A DNA stretch of 64,000 bases, taken from contig NC_135667.1 in the NCBI RefSeq assembly GCF_964188315.1, positions 7,936,001-8,000,000 of the forward strand. Reading direction: 5' to 3'. This stretch comes from Podarcis muralis (taxonomy: Eukaryota). Both the position numbers and the translations under genes were made by a program. The notes beneath the pieces are model-generated. The model searched no databases and was not told the origin of the DNA. It saw nothing but the letters and a program-made list of their open reading frames with translations. This document shows positions 48,801 to 61,800 of this stretch, one piece after another (positions within the stretch are counted from its first letter, which is position 1; each line of letters begins with the position of its first letter).

Positions 48801-51800
48801 TCTCCAGGACATCAAAGGGGGTGGGATTTTGAACTGTTCCAAGGTGCCATTTCCTTTACAGTTCACTCAAATGATATTTTACAGTTCAGGGAATTTCTTG
48901 AGGTTGTAAAACCTTATTGGACTGATGGAGATGGCTTCCTTAAAGAATTCTGGGAGCAAGCATTTGACTGTATATACCCAAATCTGAGAGGGTCAGTGCC
49001 ATTTGATGGAATGTGTACTGGGGAGGAGAAGGTTGAATATCTTATTAGACCTATTTTTGAAACACATATGGCAGGCCATAGCTACAGTATCTATAATGGT
49101 GTTTATGCGGTGGCTCATGCTTTGAATGCCATTTATTCATCTAGATCCAGCCAGAAAGCAATGTTGGGGAGTGCAGTTCACCTTCATCATATACAGCCTT
49201 GGCAGGTAGAGTTTCCACTACAAATATTCTTACTTCAATAAAAAGTTTCTGAGGCAAATGTGTACAGAGCAATGGATACGATTCTTATTATTGTGCAGTA
49301 GACAATGTTCCGGCCACGCAACTGTCAAAGGTGTTCTTGCATATGCAAACAATCTCTCTCCATTCTGACAAGCAAGAGGCATTATCCCAGTTCCAAGACA
49401 TGTTCTGGCCAAGAAAAAGCACCTAAGGAAGGCTGATGATGGGATAAGGCAGAAGTTTTCATCCTGAACTGTCTTCATTCAGTGCTGTTTCCATTCTGCT
49501 GCAGTTTAGTTTCCAACAAATACTGTTATTTTTCTCATTCTCTGCTATTTGATGTAATTTAGAAAATCACTTATACAATTCACATTAGTTTAGAATTTAA
49601 GTAAAAGAATGGCACATTCCCCCCTCCCCCCACTATTCATGTCAGTGCAAAATAAATGGAATGTAATTTGGGGGGGAATATTATCCATTGTGTATCACTT
49701 GCTGAAAGCAAGAACATATACCAGTTAATATTAACTGAATTGATTTCCATTCCAGAAAGGGGATAAATAAGAGGACAATTTCCGCTTCTGTTTTCTTTTT
49801 GTTGTTGTTGGAATTCTGACATCTCTAATGAAGTCACAGTGCAGGGCCAATGAGGGATGATCATGAGAGTGTAGTCTTAGGAGAATGCTGAAGACCATAG
49901 AGAGGGCTGCATTTGGACTCTGCACCTGAGGTTCCTCATCCCTGAGCTAAATGATATTAGTAAAGCCACATGAAATATCCAATACAATTTCATCTTCCAT
50001 TCCTTCCCTCTCTTTTTACTTTATTTATTTCTACTTCTCTTCCAAACAGCTCCATCCATTTCTTCAAGGAATTTCATTTAACAACTCAGCTGGAGAAACG
50101 GTGTCCTTTAATGACAAAAGGGAAGTGGGTGGCAGATTTGACATCATGAACCTGGTCACTTTTCCAAACATGTCATTCGAGAGATTGAAAATCGGAAGGG
50201 TGGGCCCCAGTGATTCCGAAGGGAAAGAATTCACTATAAATGAGAGTATGGTTGTGTGGCACAGAGGATTTAACCAGGTAACCACAGAGGTCCTTTGAAT
50301 TTCTCATTTCCTTTGCTGCCTAGCATTATCTAAACTCCCAAATAAAGTCAGTGTTGCACAACTCTAAAAATAAAATAAAAACACTAGTTGTAACAGCAAA
50401 GCCCAAAACTGCAATTCTAAAAATAATATTACAAGTTCAATATGGGTGAAATGAAGTTAATAATATATGCTGCACCTTGTTTTAATATGAAATAGATTCT
50501 GGGTGATTGAGATAAGTTTTCTTTGTGGGTCAGCTCTTTTTCTGTATGCGATACTACTGGGGTGAGTAGTAAGGTTTTTTATTTGGAGATCAATAAGTGA
50601 ATTTTTAATATATCAATCAATCTCTCATTGTAACTCCATTCATTATTATGGCTAGGTACTCCCCATTTCTTTGTGTAACGAGCACTGCCAGTCTGGCAAT
50701 CAGAAGAAAAGGAAGGAAGGGGAAAAATTTTGCTGTTACGATTGTGTTCCATGCCCAGAAGGGAAGATTTCCAACAAGACAGGTATGCTTCTATAGTACT
50801 CCAGTTTTTCCATCAAAAGAGAGTTATGTGAGTTATGTAAGATGACTTGTCTATTCCTGGAGAGGCCTTCCTTTTATAGCAGCTTTCTCTGAATGTTCAG
50901 AGCATTCACTTTCACATTCATATATCTACACACTTGACACATGCAAGCAGAAATCAGCATGAACTACAACTTGCATATGGAGTGGGGAACAGTTTGTGAC
51001 ACTTGCATTGAACTGTTATTTCTTCTATTTTTCAGACATGGGTGACTGTTTCAAATGTGCAGAAGAACAATTTCCAAATGAAGGGAAAAATGGATGCATC
51101 TCCAAAACTACAAGCTTTCTCTCTTACGACGAACCATTAGGGATCAGTTTAGCCTCAGTTGCTGTTTCCTTTTTCCTGATCACAGCCTTGGTGTTAGGAA
51201 TCTTTGTTAAGCACAAAGATACCCCCATTGTCAAAGCCAACAACAGGAACCTCACCTACACTCTCCTTGTCTCCCTCCTGCTCTGCTTCCTCTCTTCGTT
51301 GTTATTCCTCGGACAACCTGGAAAAGTGACCTGCTTTCTTCGCCAAACAACTTTTGGAATCATCTTCTCAGTGGCTGTTTCTTGTGTGTTGGCAAAGACC
51401 ACCATTGTTTCTCTGGCATTTCTAGCTACAAAGCCTGGGTCTAGGATGAAGAAATGGGTGACGAAAAGACTGACCAACTCCATTGTCCTTTCCTGCTCTC
51501 TTATTCAAGCAGGTATTTGTGCTGTGTGGTTGGCAACCTCTCCCCCATACCCTGATTTAGACATACACTCGGTAACAGAAGAGATCATTCTGCAATGTAA
51601 TGAAGGGTCAGTTGCCATGTTTTATACTGTCTTGGGTTACATGGGACTCTTGGCCATTGCCAGCTTCACTGTGGCATTCCTAGCTCGCAAGTTACCAGAT
51701 AGTTTTAATGAAGCCAAGTTCATTACCTTCAGCATGATGGTCTTTTGCAGTGTATGGTTGTCTTTTGTTCCAACCTACCTGAGTTCAAGAGGAAAGGACA

Positions 51801-51937
51801 TGGTGGCTGTGGAGATTTTCTCCATCTTGGCCTCCAGTGCTGGGTTATTGGTTTGCATTTTTTCTCCTAAATGCTACATCATAGTACTGAGGCCTGAGCT
51901 GAACAACAGGGAGCAACTAAGAAAGCGAAATAATTAA
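45881..51937 (+). CDS. V2R gene 3, intact, 879 aa
   Basis: Exons 45881-46110, 47818-48109 (292), 48345-49205 (861), 50050-50277 (228), 50656-50782 (127), 51036-51937 (902). GT-AG, total 2640 nt; FNEAK and PKCY intact. Confidence 0.93.
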
Positions 51938-52221
51938 AGAATATGTCTCTCCCCACATCCCCATTATTTTGACAGGGTTGGTGCTTTAGGAGAAAAGGGG
52001 TTGGAGAACCTGAGATCTATAATTTATAGCAGTCTCAAAGTTAATTAGAGAAAGAGGATTTTGTGACCTTATGCCCTGAGTTTTTTTGGGGGGTGGGGTG
52101 GGGGGATAAAGATGAACATTCAGGTCAGGTTGCCAGGAATGTCTCAGTCTCCCAGCATATAAAGCGGCTTTTTCAGAGCATCAGAGGTTAATACCTTATT
52201 CACTCTATTTTTCCAAAGTAT

Positions 52222-52224
<3 letters not shown>

Positions 52225-52256
<32 letters not shown>
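52225..52256 (+). repeat. (CA)16 microsatellite fused to a MITE terminus
   Basis: TA-(CA)n-GTGTTACCTC. Confidence 0.9.
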
Positions 52257-52258
<2 letters not shown>

Positions 52259-52495
52259 GTTACCTCTAGTTACAAACTTAATTCATTCTGGAGATCCGTT
52301 CTTAACCTGAAACTGTTCTTAACTAGAGGCGTGCTTTCGCTAATGGGGCCTCTTGCCACTGCTGCGCCGCCAGCACACGATTTCCGTTCTCATCCTGGGG
52401 TAAAGTTCTCAACTCGAAGTAGCTCTTCCAGGTTAGCGGAGTTTGTAACCTGAAGCGTTTGTAACCTGAGGCATTTGTAACTCGAGGTACCACTG
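52255..52495. mobile_element. Tigger-like MITE
   Basis: cagtgttacctctag...cgaggtaccactg+TA. Confidence 0.85.
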
Positions 52496-52614
52496 TATAT
52501 ATAATTGGATTTCAGATTTATGGCTTTAGAGTTTGACAGGACGTGGCCTTCTCTTTTCTTCTCTTAATCTTCTTTTCACCAGGATAAACATACCAGACTC
52601 CCTCAACCATTTCT

Positions 52615-52760
52615 TAAAAGGGTGTTTTCCAGACCCTTATCATCATGGCCACCCACCTCCCCAGCTTGTCAGTATATTTCTGAAACTGTGGTGCCCAAAG
52701 CTGGACACAGTAGTCCAGGTGTGGTCTGATCAAGGCATAATTGAGCTGACCAAGGCTGAT
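52615..52760 (-). mobile_element. Small CR1 ORF2 fragment
   Basis: LIRPHLDYCVQLWAPQFQKYTDKL on the minus strand. Confidence 0.7.
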
Positions 52761-53594
52761 GCTTACAAAAGAATTCTCAAAATAATGATCACCCTCAAAC
52801 CTGATAACAGTTACAGAAATTACTTGGTGTGCCCAAATATTTTTATTCATTTTATTTATATAGCCCTTCACCCAAAGACCACAGGATATTTTTCAACATA
52901 ACAAATAACAACTCAAGACCTTAAGAACGTAAGAACACGTGAAGATCCTGCTGGATCAGGCCATGGTCATCTAATCCAACAGCCTGTTCTCAAATAACTG
53001 ACCAGATGCTTGTGGGAAATCCACAAGCAGGATTCAAAGCACAAGAATTCTCTCCCCTCCTGGTTTTCAGAAATGTAATGCCCCCAACTGTGTACAAGCC
53101 TTATGTGGAGCCAGGGCTATACATTTCAAAGCACATAATTGCAGGATAGCAAGCATCCTGGCTCCATAATATTAAGGTATAGTTATCTATAGTGGAAATA
53201 GTATGGTGTTTGTTCATATGTGTACTTGTTTTCCTCATTCAAAAAGAGAAATAAAGTTTATTTTATCTACCTACCTACCTACCTACCTACCTCTCTCTCA
53301 TCTATCTATATGTAACACAGAAAAGTGTGTATTTGCTTCCCCTACTACTGAGAATAAGAAATATGTTTCTTGATGCAAAGCAATGAAAGTTTAACGACAT
53401 TCCTATACAATCCTTGCTCAGTTTCTCTTCCCTGCTAATTTCTTGCACAGAGCCCATACTAAGTACAAGCTAAATATGAGCTAGTTATGTAATACGTATA
53501 TAGATATAGAGATCATCTGCATCCTAATATGATCACCCCAGAGCAAACATGTCTGAAATGATTCTTTGAGAATCAATTATCTCTCCCCAGCCTG

Positions 53595-54196
53595 TCTACT
53601 GCAATTCTGGGCTGCATCAATAGGAGTATAGCATCTAGATCAAGGGAAGTAATAGTGCCACTGTATTCTGCTCTGGTCAGACCTCACCTGGAGTACTGTG
53701 TCCAGTTCTGGGCACCACAGTTCAAGAAGGACACTGACAAACTGGAACGTGTCCAGAGGAGGGCAACCAAAATGGTCAAAGGCCTGGAAACGATGCCTTA
53801 TGAGGAACGGCTAAGGGAGCTGGGCATGTTTAGCCTGGAGAAGAGGAGGTTAAGGGGTGATATGATAGCCATGTTCAAATATATAAAAGGATGTCATATA
53901 GAGGAGGGAGAAAGGTTGTTTTCTGCTGCTCCAGAGAAGCGGACACGGAGCAATGGATCCAAACTACAAGAAAGAAGATTCCACCTAAACATTAGGAAGA
54001 ACTTCCTGACAGTAAGAGCTGTTCGACAGTGGAATTTGCTGCCAAGGAGTGTGGTGGAGTCTCCTTCTTTGGAGGTCTTTAAGCAGAGGCTTGACAACCA
54101 TATGTCAGGAGTGCTCTGATGGTGTTTCCTGCTTGGCAGGGGGTTGGACTCGATGGCCCTTGTGGTCTATTCCAACTCTATGATTCTATGATTCTA
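53595..54196 (+). mobile_element. Young 5'-truncated CR1 LINE (ORF2 C-terminus open over 53655-54119)
   Basis: [19 protein letters not shown]...[11 protein letters not shown]...[11 protein letters not shown], followed by the CR1 3' UTR and (ATTCTATG)n tail. Confidence 0.95.
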
Positions 54197-55038
54197 CTTA
54201 TTGAGATACTTATAGTATTTTCAAATTTGTTTCTACTTGTGATTAAACGAATAAGCACTTCATCTTTTATCAGTTCCATTACAGTAGTAACAATTCAAAC
54301 TCTCTTGTGGTATTATAAAGAATTGCCATATTTCAAAAAAGTGAAAATCTGGACACTTTGCTCTTTTGGGGGGCAAAATTGTCGCCCAAAGTTGTTGAGT
54401 TCTCAAAAATAAAAGGAAAGGAAAAAGGAAATTCACCAAAATCTACACTCACAACATCAACATGGGTTGCCATACAACTGGATTTCAGCAATTTCCATCT
54501 GGACACCTTTATGTGAGCCAAATTCCAGCTATGTCTCTTGGATGTATGGCAGCCCTGTTTTATACAACTTATACTATTTGTTCTGCATGTGTTAAAACAA
54601 CGAGGACTTTCCTCCAACTGTGAATATCAGGGGTTCTATCAAGACTGTGGTGGGGGCACAGGGTACTGTCAGTATTATCTGGGATTTATTCCACCACATA
54701 GCAGAACTTCAGGTTTTGCATTTCAGGTGGATTAAAGTGTTCTGCTGCCCTAGTGCAACCAAGCCACAAAATGCAGACTGTTTTCTATTAGGAAAGTAAT
54801 GCGGGGAGGGAACTGAAAAGTATGGGATGAACTCTTTCTTAACAGGTAGATGTAAATGCACCCTGCAAGCAAATCAGAGTTAGGAACAGAATGATCTTTT
54901 CCCAACCTTAAATTCAGATCTTCACAGATTCACCAGCATTTTAGTGCAAATTTCTCCTAATAAATACATTTTTTTGTGCAGTTTTGAATAATGTACACAT
55001 TTTGGCCAGCAATTTCCCATGATATAATGCATTCATAG

Positions 55039-55189
55039 AATAATAAAATTGAAGAGTTGGAAGGTACACAGAGGATCGTTTAGTCTCACCCCATATAATA
55101 CAGGAATATGCAGCTGTCTCATGTGGGGATTGAACCTGCAACCTTAGCATTATCAATCAGCACCGCACTCTAACCAACTGAGCCATCCC
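55039..55189 (-). mobile_element. tRNA-derived SINE with CR1-like tail, upstream of V2R4 only
   Basis: gggatggctcagttggttagag (A-box), ggttcaatcccc (B-box), ttccaactct tail. Confidence 0.75.
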
Positions 55190-55932
55190 TTTGAATTTCT
55201 GTGGGTTATTTTCAATACTGTTTTCATTTTTAGAAACGTTTCTGCTAATATGTATATTTTAGGGGCTTTTGTTGGAGAACTGCATCAAAATGAGGATAAT
55301 TCCATCAACTTTAAGGGAAGCCTGTGTTTTGGTTCTCCTATTGCTTCAGAAAGAGTGGATTTCATATATTTGTGTTCAAATAAGAACTGCGTCAAATTTC
55401 TCATCCATTCCAAATCAGAATGAATGCTCATTATTGTATAATTTCCACACAGACTAATCAGAATGAATGTTCAGTGAAGACCAGATACAATCTAACCTCC
55501 CTGCAAGCTTGGTGCAGGTGAATCACGAACAATATTCAATAAGAAGGATATATGGGGGGGGGGGAAGGGGGCTTTCAAGCCTCCACAGTCTTGTTACAGC
55601 TTTCTCATAAACTAGTAACAGTTGTTTGTTTAACATCAAGAATACAAAAACAATTCCAAACTACATGGCAAGAGCTGTATCTAGTGTGGGACAAAAAACT
55701 GGGATTGGACAGCGGTCATTATTTCAGCACTGATGCTCTGAGCTTCTTCACAATTATGGAAATGTCTGGATTCACTTTACGGTATGAATTTGCCCTTCCT
55801 GGAAGTCTGGGACGCATCAGCTATTTGTTGTCTCCTTGAGGAGCATAACATTCTCGTTGCCAGGTTCAAGTAGAGAACAAATATGTTTGCTACCTGAAGT
55901 GCTTCTGGCACAGTGACTTTGCAGAGGGAAGT

Positions 55933-56121
55933 TATCTCCCTCTGCAGCTATCCAAATTACTGTCATTAGTTCACCTGCCCAAAGCTCCAGTGGTGTTTCA
56001 GAAAAGAACAACATTTAGTAAAAGTTACCTATCTCCCCCTGCAGGTGTCCAAATTACTGTCATTAGTTCACCTGCCCAAAGCTCCAGTGGTGTTTCAGAA
56101 AATAACAACATTTAGTAAAAG
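55933..56121 (+). repeat. 97-bp tandem duplication upstream of V2R4
   Basis: tatctccc...catttagtaaaag starts at 55933 and 56030; single copy at about 36113-36203 upstream of V2R2. Confidence 0.9.
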
Positions 56122-56402
56122 CACTGTCTCCATAAGTAGATATAGAAAACAAGCAAGTCTCCTGTCACTGATGAGTGACAAGATGCAGGTAAGGTTCTGC
56201 CAGTTTGAGCTGCAATGTGTGTTGTCATTTTGTAGAACAGACTTCAGTATTGATTCTGTATTGGTTGTCTCTACTAGCCTGCTGAGGCATGCACTCAAAT
56301 TCTGCTGACGCTAAAGATAAGTGTGTTGTTTTCCTTTATTGGCAGAGTCAGGCACCACCCAAAGTAAGGCATTGATGTAAGGCTGGATGCTGGAGCAAGA
56401 GA

Positions 56403-58763
56403 ATGCTAGAGAGGAAGTTTGCTATGAAGATGGTGGGTCTACATGTGTTGTTGCTGCTGCTTCAGCTTCCCAAACAATGTAAAGCAGATACCAGAAAGTG
56501 CCACATGAATGATCCCCTCCCTGTTCCACAAGAGTGGTACCAGCCCAGGAGCCTCATCATTGGTGGGATAACTTCTCACATCTCTTACCATTTCCATGAC
56601 ATACTCTTCAATATACTTCCTTCTCATGAGTTGTTTGAGGTTCCAAAGTAAGCATTCCCTCCCCCCTTAATCTGCTTCATCTGATCTTGGCTAGATCACA
56701 CACTCAACCAGTTGCTCATACAAATAATAGGATATAATTTCATATTCATTTTACTTTTAGATACCATATTTTTACATTGCTATACACAGGGTGGTTGACA
56801 TGCTGGAAGAACAACAAAATATACAAGAAAGATCGCACATCTTATAAAAATCTGATCCAATACAATTTAGGGATAATAGAAAAGGTCACTATCAAACAAA
56901 GTAAAGTTCAGTTATCCATTAGAATATAGTAGTATAGAATAAAAGAAACTTTCAAAATGTCAGTAAATAATAGTTAAACAGAATTTCACTCTCAATAAAT
57001 ATACAGTGGTACCTCTGGTTATATACTTAATTCGTGCCGGAGGTCCGTTCTTAACCTGAAACTGTTCTTAACCTGAAGCACCACTTTAGCTAATGGGGCT
57101 GTTGCTGTGCCGCCGCTGCGCAATTTCTGTTCTCATCTTGAAGCAAAGTTCTTAACCTGAGGTAATATTTCTGGGTTAGCAGAGTCTGTAACCTGAAGCG
57201 CCTGTAACCCGAGGTACCACTGTAATACTATTTTCAATGAAAAATAAGAGAAATACACGAAATAATGCAATACATTTAAAAAATGTAATAATTGACTTTC
57301 TAAGAGAATGGGGGAGGTGGTCATGGTGAGATTAGACACCTTTTTTCCTAGAAAAATAGTGCTGCGTGAATCAGATGAAACTTGGTCAGCTGCCTGTAGA
57401 GATTGACATAAATGGTAGATTTGAACAGTGAATAACAGGGAGATCATGCCTATTATTTCCTGAGGAGTACCTACAAGCCACCTGTTGTACAACCTTTGAT
57501 ACCATGGCAAATCTTCCCAGTAAGGGAAGCTTCTTAGAGAGGGAGGAAAATCAATATGTTATAATGATGTGTGCTTCAAACAACAGCTTCTTCAGAAAAA
57601 GAACTAATATTTGTTTAAAATGATCTATCTGTCTTGGTGCATCATTTCCATTGCTGCTCCAAGTCCTGTTCTATTTTTCTGGATTTGTTAACCAGCCTCA
57701 TATCACCAACATACTTAAATCTAATTAGTGCATGAAATAAGTCTAATTCATGCACTAATATCATAGAATAAGCTGTTCTTCAAGGCTTTGCTCACCCTGG
57801 AACAAAGCAGGTAATCAAGATTTTGTTCCCCTTCAGTCTACCTGAGAAACTCCATGTGTGAAAAGGTTTGAGCTGGTTAGTATGTGGCTTTCACTACCCA
57901 GTCTTGAGTTTCTATACCAATAATTGAGGAACTTGCACCACTTTGTAACTAAATTTTGCCACAATTGTTGTCCCGATGGCAAGCAATTTGGTTATAGACA
58001 GGAAAGAGCAGAATTATTCTAAACTGTTTTGCTGCTGGAACCAGGCAAAGGACCTTCTTGGTATTGGTGCCCACCCTGGTGTGCAGCCTGGGAGTCATTT
58101 TGGACTCACAGCTGTCCATGGAGACACAGGTTAATTCTGTATCCAGGTCAGCTATCTACCAGCTCCATCTGGTACACAGGCTGAGACTCTACCTGCCCAC
58201 AGACTGTCTCGCCAGAGTGGTGCATGCTCTAGTTATCTCCCACTTGGACTACTGCAACATGCTCTATGTGGGGCTACCTTTGAAGGTGACCTGGAAACTG
58301 CAATTAATCCCAAATGCGGCAGCGAGACTGATGACTGGGAGTGGCCGCTGAGACCACATAACACTGGTCCTGAAAGACCCACATTGGCTCTGCATATGTT
58401 TCTGAGCACAATTCCAAGTGTTGATGCTGAACTTTAAAGTCCTAAATGGCCTCAGCCCAGTGTACCTGAAGGAGCGCCTCCACCCCCATTGCTCAGCCCT
58501 GAGGTCCAGCTCTGAGGGCCTTCTGGCGGTTCCCTCACTGTGAGAAGTGAGGTTACAGGGAACCAGGCAGAGGGCCTTCTCAGTAGTGGCTCCCGCCCTG
58601 TGGAATGCCCTCCTATCAGATGTCAAGAAAATAAACAACTATCTGACTTTTAGAAGACATCTGAAGGCAGTCCTGTTTAGGGAAGTTTTTACTGTTTTTA
58701 AAATATTCTATTGTTAGTCAGAAAGAGTGGCTGGGGAAACCTAGCCAAAAAGGTGGGGTATAA

Positions 58764-58811
<48 letters not shown>

Positions 58812-61800
58812 TTGCTGAAAGAGCATTCGAACTCTCTCTGCAGTGTGGTGCTAAAATTCTACCAGCACATCCTGGCCTTGGTGTTTGCCGTAAATGAGAT
58901 CAACGAGAATCCCAGCATCTTGCCCAATGTCACCCTTGGGTTCCACATCTATGACAGCTACTATGACGCAAGGATGACTTATCAGACCACTATGGACCTG
59001 CTCTTCAAATTCAGAAGATTTGTCCCCAATTACAAATGCAACAACCAGAAAAACCTCATAGCTGTCATTGGGGGACTTGGTTCTGATGTCTCCTTCCATA
59101 TGGCAGAACTCTTAAGCCTATACAAGTATCCACAGGTAGGATTTATCCATGGATGAAGGGGGGATAGTCACTAAGTTCATTCTTCTCCTGGAATGCTGAG
59201 AGTAATTTTGAGGGTCAGAATAAGCAGAGGAATGGCTGTGAGAAATCCAAAAACTTACCTAATGCTGAAGTCCCCCTGAAGTTTAGTGGTGCCGTTTCCC
59301 AAGTGTGCAGCAGCTGCAATATCCTCTTTTTAAAGAAGGAAAGGAAATGAACTGTGACTTCATTTTTAAAGATGCTAGTCCTCAGACCCTCTCATATACC
59401 AGTTAATAAATAATACATCCCCGCAGGCTACATTTCAGCAATCTTTCAGGGAGTTTTGGCCTGCTCCCAAAATTTATCTTATCACCTACAACAGTCTTCT
59501 TAAGGAGCTTTTCCATTGCCTTGATAAACATTCCTGTTTTGCACAGGTCGACAGGCTCAGATGCGCCTCTTAAAATATTTGCATTTCCCCCATCAGTTCA
59601 CTTATGGTTCATTCACCTCTGGGCACACAAGACAATTGCCTTCCTTTTACCGGATGGTCCCAAGTGAAGCAAACCAGTACATTGGGATCATTAACTTGCT
59701 GAAGCATTTTGGATGGACCTGGATTGGGCTCTTTGCTGTGGACGATGACAGTGGAGAACAATTCCTACAGACCCTGGAGCCATTGCTTTCTCAGAATGGA
59801 ATCTGTTCAGCCTTCACACAAAGGATCACCAACCAACATGATTTAACGAATTTCAGTGCATTTTACGTATCAGCATCTATTATTTATCCAGCGTTCTCAG
59901 AGAGCAAAGTCAGTATCTTTGTCATCTATGGAGATTCTATGACCATTCTATGGGTGAATGCATATGTGCTCCTAGGATTTCCTAGCTACAATGAGGGTAC
60001 CTCACTTGGAAAGGTGTGGGTTATGACAGCCCAGCTGGATTTTACCTTAACAGGCGTTCAGAACGTATGGGATTTTCAATTGTTTGAAGGGGCCCTGTCC
60101 TTCACAATTCACTCTGCTGAGATTCAAGGATTCAAGGATTTTCTTCAGATCGTAAAACCTGGCTGGAATCAAGAAGATGGCTTTCTCAAGGACTTCTGGG
60201 AGCAAGCATTTAACTGTTTATTTCCAGACCCCCAGGAGCTGATAGAGGTTGGTGAAACTTGTACTGGAGAGGAGAGGTTGGAGAATCTTCCTGCATCTAT
60301 ATTTGAAATGCACATGACTGGTCACAGCTACAGTATCTATAATGCCGTCTATGCTGTGGCACATGCTTTGCATGCCATACAGTCATCTAGATACAAACAC
60401 AGTCCAATAATGAGTGGCAAAAGTCTTCAAGATCTCCAGCCTTGGAAGGTAGTGTATTCATAATGAAATAATCTCATTTTCATGAAGCGAATAGAACAAA
60501 ATCATGCACGTTCCAATTTTATTCTTTAAAACAACAATAATATTAATACCATATCTTAAGTTCCCAGGGTGGGTTACCACAATAAAGCAAAAAAACAGTT
60601 TAAAACAAGTTACAATAACCAACATAAGGTGGGTCTTAAAAATATACCCCTCAGAGAACTTTCTTTATGTATGCTACAACAGCAGCAAGAATACTTATTG
60701 CAAAGTATTGGAAGACACAAGATTTACCCACTTTGGAAGAATGGCAGATGAAGGTGATGGATTACATGGAATTGGCGGAAATGACTGGCAGAATCCGAGA
60801 TCAGGGAGAAGAGTCGGTAGAAGAAGACTGGAAGAAATTTAAAGATTATTTACAGAAATATTGTAAAATTAATGAATGTTAGAATGATGTTGGATTGAAA
60901 TTAAGTGGTTTCTAGCTGTAATGGTATAACAGAGCATGAAAAAAATGGTTTTTTACAAGTAAAAATTTAATGATGTAACAACTTAAGATTAAAGATCTGG
61001 GTAGAATAAAGAGGGAAAGAAACTGCTAAGTTAATAAATTGAACTGGAATACAAAAAAGGGAGGTATGAGGAGGTCTGGGAAACAAGTTAATGAAAAATA
61101 ATGTGATGAAAAGATTGATTGTTTTTAACTATTTTTATTTTGTATTTTGTATTTTTTCTTTTTCTATTTTGTAATGTAAAACNNNNNNNNNNNNNNNNNN
61201 NNNNNNNNNNNNNNNNNNNNNNNNNNNNNNNNNNNNNNNNNNNNNNNNNNNNNNNNNNNNNNNNNNNNNNNNNNNNNNNNNNNNNNNNNNNNNNNNNNNN
61301 NNNNNNNNNNNNNNNNNNNNNNNNNNNNNNNNNNNNNNNNNNNNNNNNNNNNGGTAAAGAGGTGCGTCTTTTCGTCAGAAGCTATGTATGTCCCCCAGGT
61401 GTATCTCTGTGGAGAGGGAGTTCCACAGCTTAGGGGCTGCCACAGAAAATGCCCTCTCCTGGGCCGCAAACCCCCCTCAAGTGTCTGAGAGGAGAGGAAC
61501 TAGCAAGATGGCCTCCTCTGCTGATCTTAGCAGTAGGGAAGGAGGCGGTAATTCAGATATGTCTGACTTGGGTCATTTAGGACTTTAAACATTCGTGTTT
61601 AACTAGCAACCAGTAACGCTGCTGTAAAACAGGTTATATTAGTGTCTGGTAGGAAAGGAACGAATAAGAGGCAATCATCTGCTGATCTCAGCAACCAAGA
61701 GGGTCCGTAGGCAGTATTTCAGATATTTGGGAATATTTAAACTCACATGACACTTTAAATGCATATGTGAGCACCTTGAATTGGGGCCAGAGATGAACTG

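Noticed and set aside
55039-55189. Possible tRNA gene
   Set aside because: A and B boxes are present, but the anticodon arm is disrupted and it continues into a LINE-like tail, so it is a SINE.
57724-57759. 13-bp perfect inverted repeat (attagtgcatgaa / ttcatgcactaat)
   Set aside because: Single short AT-rich hairpin in a TE-rich intron; no supporting context.
61119-61469. ORFs spanning the N run
   Set aside because: Artefacts of translating an assembly gap. The gap also means V2R4 exons 1-3 and 4-6 are joined on scaffold evidence only, although both halves match V2R2 colinearly.
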